The notes under the pieces: generated by a model
Database searches by the model: none
The model's input: only the letters and a program-made list of their open reading frames with translations
Told to the model about the DNA's origin: nothing
Shown here: piece after piece, positions 1 through 8,341 of the stretch
How positions within the stretch are numbered: position 1 is the first letter of the stretch
How the letters are laid out: every line of letters starts with the position of its first letter
Assembly (NCBI GenBank): GCA_038046625.1
Contig: JBBSVV010000050.1
Span: 1-30,266, forward strand
From: an archaeon
GTDB taxonomy: Archaea; Iainarchaeota; Iainarchaeia; Iainarchaeales; Iainarchaeaceae
Length of the DNA stretch: 30,266 nucleotides
Direction of reading: 5' to 3'
Program-made: the position numbers and the translations under genes

Positions 1-83
1 ATAAAGAAATTAGAACCGACACAACAATAAAAATATTAACAACTTAGAGCATTATACTATTCGAAAAACAAACCAACAACTTT

Positions 84-190
84 TGAGAGACTCGCCATTT
101 GCGGTCTAGGCTCTCCCTCAGCTTTTCCCAAAATATAAGGTTCTTTCTTTTTGGTACAGCTTTTTCTTTCTTCCAAGAAAGAAAAAGGTG
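84..190. repeat. Cluster of palindromic, REP-like hairpins upstream of the ABC-F gene
   Basis: Hairpin tgagaga-ctc-gcc...ggc-tc-tccctca at 84-120. Perfect inverted repeat ctttttctttctt (160-172) / aagaaagaaaaag (175-187). Confidence 0.6.
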
Positions 191-301
191 TTTCTGGCTC
201 CCTCCCCCAGCTTACCAACACTTTTGATGCGGCACCTGACTCTTGCAAAAGCGCACAAAACTTATTAATGGATTTTAAAGGTTCGCCAATGGTATTTGTA
301 T

Positions 302-1882
302 ATGCCGCTGATAATCAAAAACCTCTCGATTTCAATCGGCAAAAGGGAACTGCTTCTTGATGAGAGCGTCGGAATTGCGGATGGGTCAAAGGTCGGCTTA
401 ATCGGCAGAAACGGTGCAGGGAAAACAACATTCCTCAAGGCAATCCTCGGACAGGCGGATTATACGGGCAGCATTGAATACAACGGCAAGGCAGCCTATT
501 TTTCCCAGCACATTGATCTGAATCCGGATAAAACCATGCGCGAAACATTGGAACAAAGCGCAACAATCCACCACCAGAATCCGTTTCAGCAAGAGCTGGA
601 AGAAATTGAAAAGCAAATTTCGAACCCCGCAATCAGCCGGAACAACCCAAGCCAATTGGAGAAATTAACGCAGCGCTACTCCGAACTCCTCACAAAAATG
701 GCGCACCACCAAACGCCCGCGCCCACAAACAAAATCAACTCCGCACTGAAAACGCTTGAAATCAAGGAGGCCTGGCTCGGCCAGAAAATCGGCGCCCTTT
801 CAACGGGACAGCGCGCAATCGTTGCGCTCGCGCAGATTCTAAGCTCCGACGCAAACTTTCTTCTCCTCGACGAGCCGACAAACCACCTGGATTTCAAACG
901 CCTGGGCATTCTGGAAAAATACCTGCAAACATTCAGGGGAACAGTGCTCATGGTTACGCATGACAGGTATTTCCTGGACCAGGTGTGCGACACCATTTTA
1001 AAAATAGAAAAAGGAAAATGGATCAAGTATAAAGGAAACTATTCAGATTATGTGAAAACGCGCGAAGCGGCCTTTGAAGCCCAGACAACGGCCTACAACC
1101 AAGAAAACAAGTACCTTGCGATTGAAAAGGACAAAATCGCAAGGATAGGAAAAAGCCCGCAGAAAGTAACGCAGGGAAAATACCGCGAGCGGCTTTTGGA
1201 GAAACGCGAAATCGTGGAAAAGCCCGACATGGACAAATCGGAATTCAAAACGCATTTCGATGCCTCGCCCATTTCATCAACAGTTGTTCTGGAACTCGAA
1301 AACCTCTGCGTGGGATACGACAAGCCACTCATTTCAAACATTAATTTCAAAGTCGGCGCAGACCAGAGAATAGTTCTAATCGGCGAAAACGGGCTCGGCA
1401 AAAGCACGCTCTTCAAAACCATTGAAGGCCGCCTCAAACCCATTTCAGGCGAAGTGATTTTTGACCATCAGGCAAAACTAGGGTATGCAGACCAGGAATT
1501 AAAGGACCTGGCAAGCGACGCCACATTGTACGATGAAATACACGCAAAGCTCAAGGACATGGCGAAAACGCGCCAAAACCTATCCATGATGGGATTTGTC
1601 GAGGACAAAGAAGTGTTCAAACCAATTTCACAACTATCAATGGGTGAGAAATCGCGGCTCAATCTGCTAAAAATCCTAATTGAAAAACCCAACCTGCTGC
1701 TCCTGGATGAACCCACAAACCACCTCGACATTGACGCGCGCGAAATTATCGAAAACGCATTCCTGAATTACGACGGCGCGGTTCTCGCGGTGTCACACGA
1801 CCGCTATTTCATCGAAAAAATTGCACAGCGCATTTTTACAGTAGGCAACGGAGCAATAAAAGAAATACCCGTGAAGCGCTAA
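302..1882 (+). CDS. ABC-F family ATPase (two ABC domains, no TM segments; ribosome-associated EttA/Uup-like)
   Basis: Walker A GRNGAGKT and GENGLGKS, signatures LSTGQ and LSMGE, two LLLDEPTNHLD motifs, THDRYF/SHDRYF, and a YKGNYSDY linker. ATG at 302 preferred over TTG at 296. Confidence 0.93.
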   Translation: MPLIIKNLSISIGKRELLLDESVGIADGSKVGLIGRNGAGKTTFLKAILGQADYTGSIEYNGKAAYFSQHIDLNPDKTMRETLEQSATIHHQNPFQQELEEIEKQISNPAISRNNPSQLEKLTQRYSELLTKMAHHQTPAPTNKINSALKTLEIKEAWLGQKIGALSTGQRAIVALAQILSSDANFLLLDEPTNHLDFKRLGILEKYLQTFRGTVLMVTHDRYFLDQVCDTILKIEKGKWIKYKGNYSDYVKTREAAFEAQTTAYNQENKYLAIEKDKIARIGKSPQKVTQGKYRERLLEKREIVEKPDMDKSEFKTHFDASPISSTVVLELENLCVGYDKPLISNINFKVGADQRIVLIGENGLGKSTLFKTIEGRLKPISGEVIFDHQAKLGYADQELKDLASDATLYDEIHAKLKDMAKTRQNLSMMGFVEDKEVFKPISQLSMGEKSRLNLLKILIEKPNLLLLDEPTNHLDIDAREIIENAFLNYDGAVLAVSHDRYFIEKIAQRIFTVGNGAIKEIPVKR

Positions 1883-1900
1883 TCAATGCATAAATTCCGA

Positions 1901-2902
1901 TTAATTTACTGCATTGATTTTCTTTCCTTTCGAGAACGCCGCGATGTTCTGTATTGTGGTTTCAAGGATTCTCTGGAGCGCCTCCCTGCTGTTGAACGCA
2001 TTGTGCGGAGTGATGAGAACATTAGGCTCCTTCAGGAGCAAATGATTGCGCAGAACCGCACGGAGATCACATTCCTTCGCAAACTTCTCATGCAGAACCT
2101 GCTTCTCCTCGCGGATAAAACACTCGCCCTCAAGAACATCAAGGCCCGCGCCGCCTATTATTCCTTTTGAAAGCCCTTTCAAAATGGCTTCAGTTTCAAT
2201 GACTTCGCCGCGCGAAGTGTTGATTACGACACAGCCCTTTTTCAGCTTCGAAATATTTTCCATGTTCAGCATGTGCTTGGTTTCAGGGGTAAGAGGAACA
2301 TGGAAAGTCAGCACATCCGATTTCGCGAGAAGCTCATCGAAAGAAGCGTAAGTGAAACCGAGCTCCTTCGCCTTAGCTTTATCTGGGTGCTTCTCAGTAA
2401 CCAGCACATTCATTTCAAAGCCCTTTGCTATCCTCACGACATGCTCTCCGATGTGCCCGCACCCGACAACGCCGATGGTTTTTCCCTTCAAATCGAACCC
2501 TTCGAGGCCCTTCGCCGAAAAATCCGCCTTCTGCGTGCGCTCATAAGAGAGATGTATTTTGCGCGAAATCGCGAGAAGAAGCGCGAAGGTGTGCTCGGCA
2601 ACGGTATTCTCGCCGTAAGTCGGAACATTACAAACTGTTATTCCGCGCTTTTTGCATTCCGCAACATCAATGTGGTTGAAGCCCGTGGACATTGTTGCAA
2701 CAAGTTTGAGCTTTGGCAGCGCATCCAGGACTTTTTTGCTTACTTGGGAATAAATGAAAACCGCGATTGCCTCGGAATCCGGAATTTTTTTTGCGCGGCC
2801 CGGAGTGAGCTCCCGGGAAAAGAACTCGAGCGAGTGCCTTGAAAGCCTCTCGCCCAGGAATTTCTCTTCCCATTTTTCGAGCTCGAAGAAACTTACTTTC
2901 AT
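1901..2902 (-). CDS. D-isomer-specific 2-hydroxyacid dehydrogenase (D-lactate dehydrogenase-like)
   Basis: STGFNHID, NVPTYG, VAEH, GVVGCGHIG (NAD binding), INTSRG, GLDVLEGE and ITPHNAF motifs. Confidence 0.92.
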   Translation of the reverse strand: MKVSFFELEKWEEKFLGERLSRHSLEFFSRELTPGRAKKIPDSEAIAVFIYSQVSKKVLDALPKLKLVATMSTGFNHIDVAECKKRGITVCNVPTYGENTVAEHTFALLLAISRKIHLSYERTQKADFSAKGLEGFDLKGKTIGVVGCGHIGEHVVRIAKGFEMNVLVTEKHPDKAKAKELGFTYASFDELLAKSDVLTFHVPLTPETKHMLNMENISKLKKGCVVINTSRGEVIETEAILKGLSKGIIGGAGLDVLEGECFIREEKQVLHEKFAKECDLRAVLRNHLLLKEPNVLITPHNAFNSREALQRILETTIQNIAAFSKGKKINAVN

Positions 2903-2915
2903 GCTTCACCATTGC

Positions 2916-3059
2916 TCATTTTCTTTTTTTCTTTTTCGGCTTTTTCCTGGGAGCCTTCCTTGCCTTGGCCTCTATTTTCTTTACTTCCTTTGCCTTTCTC
3001 TCGAGCCTTATTCCAAGCCTCTCAAGGGTTTTTCCTATTACTTTCAAATCTATGCCCAT
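2916..3059 (-). CDS. Small Lys/Arg-rich protein, 47 aa (MGIDLKVIGKTLERLGIRLERKAKEVKKIEAKARKAPRKKPKKKKRK), not in the ORF track
   Basis: ATG at 3059, TGA at 2916-2918, SD GAGGTGA at 3068-3074, leader hairpin 3080-3096 and TATA-like CTTTAAATAT at 3117-3126 (minus strand). Confidence 0.8.
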   Translation of the reverse strand: MGIDLKVIGKTLERLGIRLERKAKEVKKIEAKARKAPRKKPKKKKRK

Positions 3060-3190
3060 TTGCTTTTTCACCTCAAAACAAAACCCAGCGGGTTTTTGTT
3101 AAGTAACTCAAAACCTATATTTAAAGGTTATGTGGAAAAAAATGCGGCAAAAAACACGAGTCTTATAAAGTCCGCAACCGAACTTTCATT

Positions 3191-3859
3191 ATGCCGGTAC
3201 TTAGAAAACGCCCCGCACGAGGAATCGGGACGCATGCGCCCGTACCTGAAAAAAAACCTTTCGGAGCGAGACAAGGCAGAAGCTTTATTTCCGGGCGCTC
3301 GGCACACCGCGCAAAGGAAGGGATTCTAAAAATAGCCAATCGGGCTGCCGGAAGGGCAATGGAGTCCTGGCGAATGCGGGGCGCCAGGCCGCGGGAAACC
3401 CACATCCCTTCACCATATGATTATTTTACCGGCCAGAGAAGGATAGAGTTCGGGCAGGTGATGAGCGAGCATCAGGGGGAACTCATGCAAAAGGAATTCC
3501 AGGGCATAATGAAAAACATGAACCACGACGGGCTGATGGAGCGCGACAGGGAAACATTGAATCCGCGGCAAAAAGAAATTTACGACCTGAGAAACCTCGC
3601 ACTGCAGGCACTTGAAATGGCTGCCCGCACAGGGAAACTCCGGGGTTTCCGGAGCAGGGAGGAATTCAGGAAATATTTCGAAGGATTCCTGGGAAACTGG
3701 CTCGCCGAGCACCAGGGGCCGCAGGCAGCCGCATATGCAGGCACCGCGGCAAAAAAATTCTTTGCAACCTTATATGGTTCAAAAGCAGGGGAAGAGGCAT
3801 TCAGGAGGCGCTTCGGGAGGCTTGTGTTCATTGCAGGGGGCGGAGACCCCTCCGACTAG
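3191..3859 (+). CDS. Hypothetical protein with basic low-complexity N-terminus
   Basis: 222-aa ORF filling the gap, with TATA-like TTATAAA about 25 nt upstream of the ATG (leaderless). No recognisable motif. Confidence 0.7.
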   Translation: MPVLRKRPARGIGTHAPVPEKKPFGARQGRSFISGRSAHRAKEGILKIANRAAGRAMESWRMRGARPRETHIPSPYDYFTGQRRIEFGQVMSEHQGELMQKEFQGIMKNMNHDGLMERDRETLNPRQKEIYDLRNLALQALEMAARTGKLRGFRSREEFRKYFEGFLGNWLAEHQGPQAAAYAGTAAKKFFATLYGSKAGEEAFRRRFGRLVFIAGGGDPSD

Positions 3860-3944
3860 AAGGTTTTTAAATAATTGCTGGGGAATTTAGTAGTACCGGA
3901 AAAAGGGTTTTCCGGCTATAAAAACGCTTTTTTGAGTGGTTTTC

Positions 3945-4694
3945 ATGGGTTTAAGGCCTGGGCGCTGCTACAGCTCAACCAAGGACAGGGCATACACGCG
4001 TTACGCGGACAAAGTGCAGAGATTGAATTACATCGGCGCGATTCCCGGAGTGAAAACCAGGCAATTCAACATGGGCAACGGATTGAAGGAATTCGACACT
4101 ATTCTGGACCTATTAACAATTTGCGGAAAGGACGGCCTCCAGATCCGCGACAATGCAATTGAAAGCGCGCGCCTCATAATCAACAGGACGCTCGCAAAAA
4201 GGGTTCCAAAAGAAGGCTACTTTTTGAAGGTAAGGATTTACCCGCACCACATTCTCCGCGAAAACAAGCAGGCGCAAGGAGCGGGAGCGGACCGTGTCTC
4301 AAAGGGAATGAGCCACTGCTTCGGAAAACCCATTGGAAGGGCGGCAAGAATCAGGAACAACCAAAAAATCTTTTCAGTTCTGGTAATGGACGAGTATGCG
4401 GAAGCCGCAAAACTCGCAATGCTCACAGCGGCGGCAAGGATCCCATGCGGAGTAAGGGTTCGCATAGGGAAGGATATTGAAAGCATAGGGACAAAGCCAA
4501 AGAAAATCAAGGAAATCAAAACCAAAGAGGAAGAGGAAGCCGAAGCAACCGCGGCAACAGCCGGCGAAGCAGGCGCAACGGAAGAAAAGGCAGCAGCACC
4601 GGCAGCAGGAAAAGCCGGGGCAAAGGGAGCCGAGGCAAAGAAAGCCGAACCCGAGAAGAAGGAAGCCGCGAAAAAAGAGGACAAGAAAAAATAA
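3945..4694 (+). CDS. rpl10e: 50S ribosomal protein L10e (uL16) with long Ala/Lys/Glu-rich C-terminal tail
   Basis: MGLRPGRCY, QIRDNAIESAR, RIYPHHILRENK, GAGADRVSKGM and FGKPIGRAAR motifs. Confidence 0.95.
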   Translation: MGLRPGRCYSSTKDRAYTRYADKVQRLNYIGAIPGVKTRQFNMGNGLKEFDTILDLLTICGKDGLQIRDNAIESARLIINRTLAKRVPKEGYFLKVRIYPHHILRENKQAQGAGADRVSKGMSHCFGKPIGRAARIRNNQKIFSVLVMDEYAEAAKLAMLTAAARIPCGVRVRIGKDIESIGTKPKKIKEIKTKEEEEAEATAATAGEAGATEEKAAAPAAGKAGAKGAEAKKAEPEKKEAAKKEDKKK

Positions 4695-4706
4695 GCCTTA
4701 CTGGTT

Positions 4707-5717
4707 ATGCCTGAACTCATTGTGGACCTTGAAGGGGCCAAAAAATTTTTGCGGGAAAAACAGGCCAAAACAGCAATAGTGCAGATTCCCGAAGGCCTCA
4801 AAACAAAAACCACGCAAATCATTGACGAGCTCAAAGAAGCCTGTGAAAACGTTTTCGCCAAAATGGACCCCTGCTTCGGCGCATGCGATTTGCCATTGAA
4901 TGACATGAAGGCCCTCAATGCCGACGCGGTAATACACATCGGCCACGGAGCCATACACCCGCACAAAAACATCATCTATATCCCGTGCCACTATGATCTC
5001 GGCGAAAAAGAACTCGAAAAAAACGTTTCAGCACTATTGAAGGAACTCGAAAAAAGAAAAATAAATTCCATTGCACTCGTTTCTAATGTCCAGTACAGCA
5101 ACGCGCTGCCCGGGATAAAGGAAAAGCTTTTCAGGCACGGAATAAAATCATTCATAGGAAAAGGCACGAGCAGGATAGCAACACAAGGCCAGGTGCTGGG
5201 GTGCAATTACTCTGTTGTAGAAGAGGTGCAGCCAGCTGTTCAGGCAAGCGTTTACTTTGGAGACGGCTACTTCCACCCTATGGGCCTTGTGTTCAGCACG
5301 AAAAAACCCGTGATTGTTGTGAACCCTCTTCACGGAACCGTGGAAGAAATAAGCGAAAAGAACAGGGACAGGTTCATGAGAAAAAGGTTCGCGGCAATCG
5401 CAAAGGCGTCGCAGGCAAAAAAATTCGGGATAATTGTTACCGTGAAAAGCGGGCAGAGGCAAAAGGAAAAAGCCTTGAAATTGAAAGAGGCAATTGAAAG
5501 GCACGGAAAACAGGCATATCTCCTTGAAATGGATTTGGTGGTTGAAAGCTACATGACAGGCATTGGGGTTGACTGCCTCGTTAATACGGCCTGCAACAGG
5601 ATTGTGCTTGATGATTCTGACAACTGGAAAACGTTAATAATAAATCCGACCGAGTGCCTGATTGCTATAGGCGAGAAAACCTGGGAAGAATGGGTTCCCG
5701 ATGAATTCCCGCATTGA
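4707..5717 (+). CDS. dph2: Diphthamide biosynthesis protein Dph2
   Basis: QIPEGLK, PCFGACD, HIGH, GQVLGCN, GDGYFH and NTACNR motifs, including the three Fe-S cysteines. Confidence 0.93.
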   Translation: MPELIVDLEGAKKFLREKQAKTAIVQIPEGLKTKTTQIIDELKEACENVFAKMDPCFGACDLPLNDMKALNADAVIHIGHGAIHPHKNIIYIPCHYDLGEKELEKNVSALLKELEKRKINSIALVSNVQYSNALPGIKEKLFRHGIKSFIGKGTSRIATQGQVLGCNYSVVEEVQPAVQASVYFGDGYFHPMGLVFSTKKPVIVVNPLHGTVEEISEKNRDRFMRKRFAAIAKASQAKKFGIIVTVKSGQRQKEKALKLKEAIERHGKQAYLLEMDLVVESYMTGIGVDCLVNTACNRIVLDDSDNWKTLIINPTECLIAIGEKTWEEWVPDEFPH

Positions 5718-5725
5718 GTGATATT

Positions 5726-5959
5726 ATGGCTATACCAAGAAGAAAAATAAGAATTGTAACCGGCAGAACATCACGCCCCGTTCCAAAGCTGCCAACGGAG
5801 AGGCTTTTCACAATCGGGGGGCAAACAATAGGGGTGTTTCGTGATGGCACAGTAGCATCCATAGGAAATAATGGGCGCAAAATAAAAATCCCGGAAAACC
5901 TAAAACCTCAAATAGCTCAACTTATTGGAAAAAGAGTGGAAGAAATACCTTGGTTCTAA
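5726..5959 (+). CDS. Small hypothetical protein with basic N-terminus (MAIPRRKIRIV...)
   Basis: ORF directly after dph2, with GAGTGA SD-like sequence before the ATG at 5726. It ends at the convergent pyrH 3' end. Confidence 0.6.
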   Translation: MAIPRRKIRIVTGRTSRPVPKLPTERLFTIGGQTIGVFRDGTVASIGNNGRKIKIPENLKPQIAQLIGKRVEEIPWF

Positions 5960-5964
5960 TAAAT

Positions 5965-6948
5965 TCAGAAATCAATCTCATCCGGATGGATGGATTTCTT
6001 GTCGAGGTTGCCGACGTATGTGCGCACCTTGCGTTTCTTTCCGCGGTTAATCGGCTTTTTGTCCTTGGCAACGCCCTCAATGTCCGCCTCCTCAACTGAA
6101 TGCTCCGGGGAAGCGGGCGCGGAATTTTCCGGCGCACCAAATTCAGCGGCAGCAACGGGCGCAATTGCCTCATCCTCGCCGTTCGTTTCCTTAATCATTG
6201 TGCCCGTGAATGAATACCCGTTCACAAACGCCTTGAAATTCTCTATATTGTCCCCGTCAAGCACGGCCGCGGGAATCCTGCTCCTGCGCAGAATCATGCA
6301 GCATGCAATGTCCAAAACAACATTCTGCCCAGGCCTTGAGCCCGCAGCAACAATGAGGGAAACCAGTTTGTTATAGCCTATTTCATCAAAGCGCCTTGCA
6401 TCTGGATTTGTTTTCGGGTCGGAATCATAAATCCCGTCAACATTAGTCAGGTTCACAAAAGTGGCATTCAGTTTTTCGGCAAGCAGAGCGCCGACCGAAT
6501 CGGTTGTAAAGAAAGGCATGAGGCCCCCGAAAACAGGCACCTTTCCCGCCTCAAGGAGCTCGGAAACCCTTGAAACATCAGAAACAACCTCGTTATAGGA
6601 TTCGGCAATCGCGTTCGCGAGCAGCATTGCGTTCGCGCGCGTAACGTGGATTCCAAGCAAATCCTGCTCGAAATTATTTGCGCCGAGAGAGGCAGCGGCA
6701 TTGGCGTAATTGCGCGCGGTTTTTCCCCCGCCGACAACAACAACAATTTTTTTGCCCGAAGAATGCAGCGAGGAAATAGCGTCCGCAAAGGCGCGGATAG
6801 CCTCAACCCTGGGGCCCTGCTCATCAACAATGAGGCTCCCGCCGATTGAAACCACGAAAATGCCGGAAGATTCAGCTTGGTAATCGGACCTTGAAGGCTC
6901 GCTGGCGCCGGTTGCAACGCTGTTGAAAAAGTCAAACACAGGAATCAT
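5965..6948 (-). CDS. pyrH: UMP kinase (archaeal type) with N- and C-terminal extensions
   Basis: VVSIGGS, VVVVGGGKTARNY, DLLGIHVTRANA, TTDSVGALLAE and TNVDGIYDSDPK motifs. Exact start uncertain. Confidence 0.92.
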   Translation of the reverse strand: MIPVFDFFNSVATGASEPSRSDYQAESSGIFVVSIGGSLIVDEQGPRVEAIRAFADAISSLHSSGKKIVVVVGGGKTARNYANAAASLGANNFEQDLLGIHVTRANAMLLANAIAESYNEVVSDVSRVSELLEAGKVPVFGGLMPFFTTDSVGALLAEKLNATFVNLTNVDGIYDSDPKTNPDARRFDEIGYNKLVSLIVAAGSRPGQNVVLDIACCMILRRSRIPAAVLDGDNIENFKAFVNGYSFTGTMIKETNGEDEAIAPVAAAEFGAPENSAPASPEHSVEEADIEGVAKDKKPINRGKKRKVRTYVGNLDKKSIHPDEIDF

Positions 6949-7094
6949 AGAATTATGGGAAACGGAATATTTAACCCTTACTCGCACAAAAAAACCGGAA
7001 AGGCGCAGGTATTTTAATCAAGAGCCTGCAAATTCATTACATGCAGACGAATTCCTGCGATTAGCCTGTTTTCTCAATTTTCATAGTGATAACC

Positions 7095-8312
7095 ATGGTT
7101 GAACCTAACGAGCCCTCACAGGGCGAGGAAGTAGTTTTCAAGAAAAAGCTCAAGAAGCTCGCGCAGTACCGCGGAAGGGGCACGGAACTCATTTCGGTTT
7201 ACGTTCCCTCTGATTCGGACAGGAGCTCGGTGATGGGGCAGCTAACCGAAGAGATTTCACAGAGCTCGAACATCAAGAGCCCCAGCACCAAAAAAAACGT
7301 TCAAGGAGCCCTGCGCAAAATAATCAATTTCCTCAAGCAGATAGACTTCAAGATACCGAAAAACGGCCTAGTTGTTTTCGCGGGAAACATATCCGAAACC
7401 GAGGGAAGAACCGACATCAGGCTGTTCACTGTAAAGCCCATAAAGGAGCTGCACACGAAACGTTACTGGTGCGACTCCGAATTCCATTTGGAGCCACTGA
7501 AGGAAATGGCGAAGCCCACGGGCATTTATGCATTGGTAACCATTGACAAGAACGAGGCCACAATAGCCATACTAACGGGGAAAAGGTATGAAATAATCGG
7601 GCACTTCACTTCAGGATACATTGGAAAATTCAAGGCGGGCGGACAATCGGCATTACGTTTTGAAAGGTTGCGAGAAGAGGCGGAGCAGGAGTTCTACAAG
7701 AGAATAAGTGAAAAAGTTAACATGGCATTCCTGCCGGACGAAGAAAAAATAAAAGGCATTATAATCGGCGGCCCCGGAATGACGAAAAACTTTTTCCTCG
7801 AAAAGGGCCTGATAGACCACCGCTTAAAGAAAAAAGTGCTTGGCGTAATGGACACCGGCTACACCGATGAATCGGGCATACGGGAACTCGTGCAGAAATC
7901 CGAAGAGTTGCTGAAGGACACCGACCTCATGAAGGAGCGCGCAATAATGAGCAAGTTCCTCGCGGAACTCGCGAAAGACGGCCTCGCCACTTACGGGGAA
8001 AAAGAAGTGCTGAAATCGCTTGAACTCGGCCAAGCAGGCACGGTCCTTGTGAGCGAGGGAATAGAGTGGGTTGTCTACAAGCTTGAGAACGAAACAACCA
8101 AAGAAACGCAGATTGTCGTGGACAAAACAAATTCTTTCAAGGCAGGCCCCGGAATGGAAGTCATAGAGGAAATGGATTACATTGATTACATGATTGAAAA
8201 GGCGGCGCAGACCTCGGCTTCGGTAAAAGTTGTTTCTGTTGATACCCCTGAAGGGGAGCAGTTCTTCAGGGGCTTCGGCGGAATAGCGGCAATGCTGCGC
8301 TACAAAATCTGA
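7095..8312 (+). CDS. prf1: Peptide chain release factor aRF1
   Basis: GRGTELISVY, NIKS, YWCDSEF, GGQS and GFGGIAAMLRY motifs. Confidence 0.96.
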   Translation: MVEPNEPSQGEEVVFKKKLKKLAQYRGRGTELISVYVPSDSDRSSVMGQLTEEISQSSNIKSPSTKKNVQGALRKIINFLKQIDFKIPKNGLVVFAGNISETEGRTDIRLFTVKPIKELHTKRYWCDSEFHLEPLKEMAKPTGIYALVTIDKNEATIAILTGKRYEIIGHFTSGYIGKFKAGGQSALRFERLREEAEQEFYKRISEKVNMAFLPDEEKIKGIIIGGPGMTKNFFLEKGLIDHRLKKKVLGVMDTGYTDESGIRELVQKSEELLKDTDLMKERAIMSKFLAELAKDGLATYGEKEVLKSLELGQAGTVLVSEGIEWVVYKLENETTKETQIVVDKTNSFKAGPGMEVIEEMDYIDYMIEKAAQTSASVKVVSVDTPEGEQFFRGFGGIAAMLRYKI

Positions 8313-8341
8313 TGCCGAAGCGCCGAACAAAAGGAATCTTT

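Noticed and set aside
1..30. Possible 3' end of an upstream gene (IKKLEPTQQ-stop)
   Set aside because: Too short to support a call.
57..360. ORF-track entries 57-248 (-) and 151-360 (+)
   Set aside because: They run through palindromic low-complexity DNA, use non-ATG starts and look like chance frames.
4238..4975. Long antisense or alternative-frame ORFs (e.g. 4238-4975, 2754-3329, 19620-20222, 25421-26170)
   Set aside because: They are shadows of well-supported genes on the opposite strand and have no motifs of their own.
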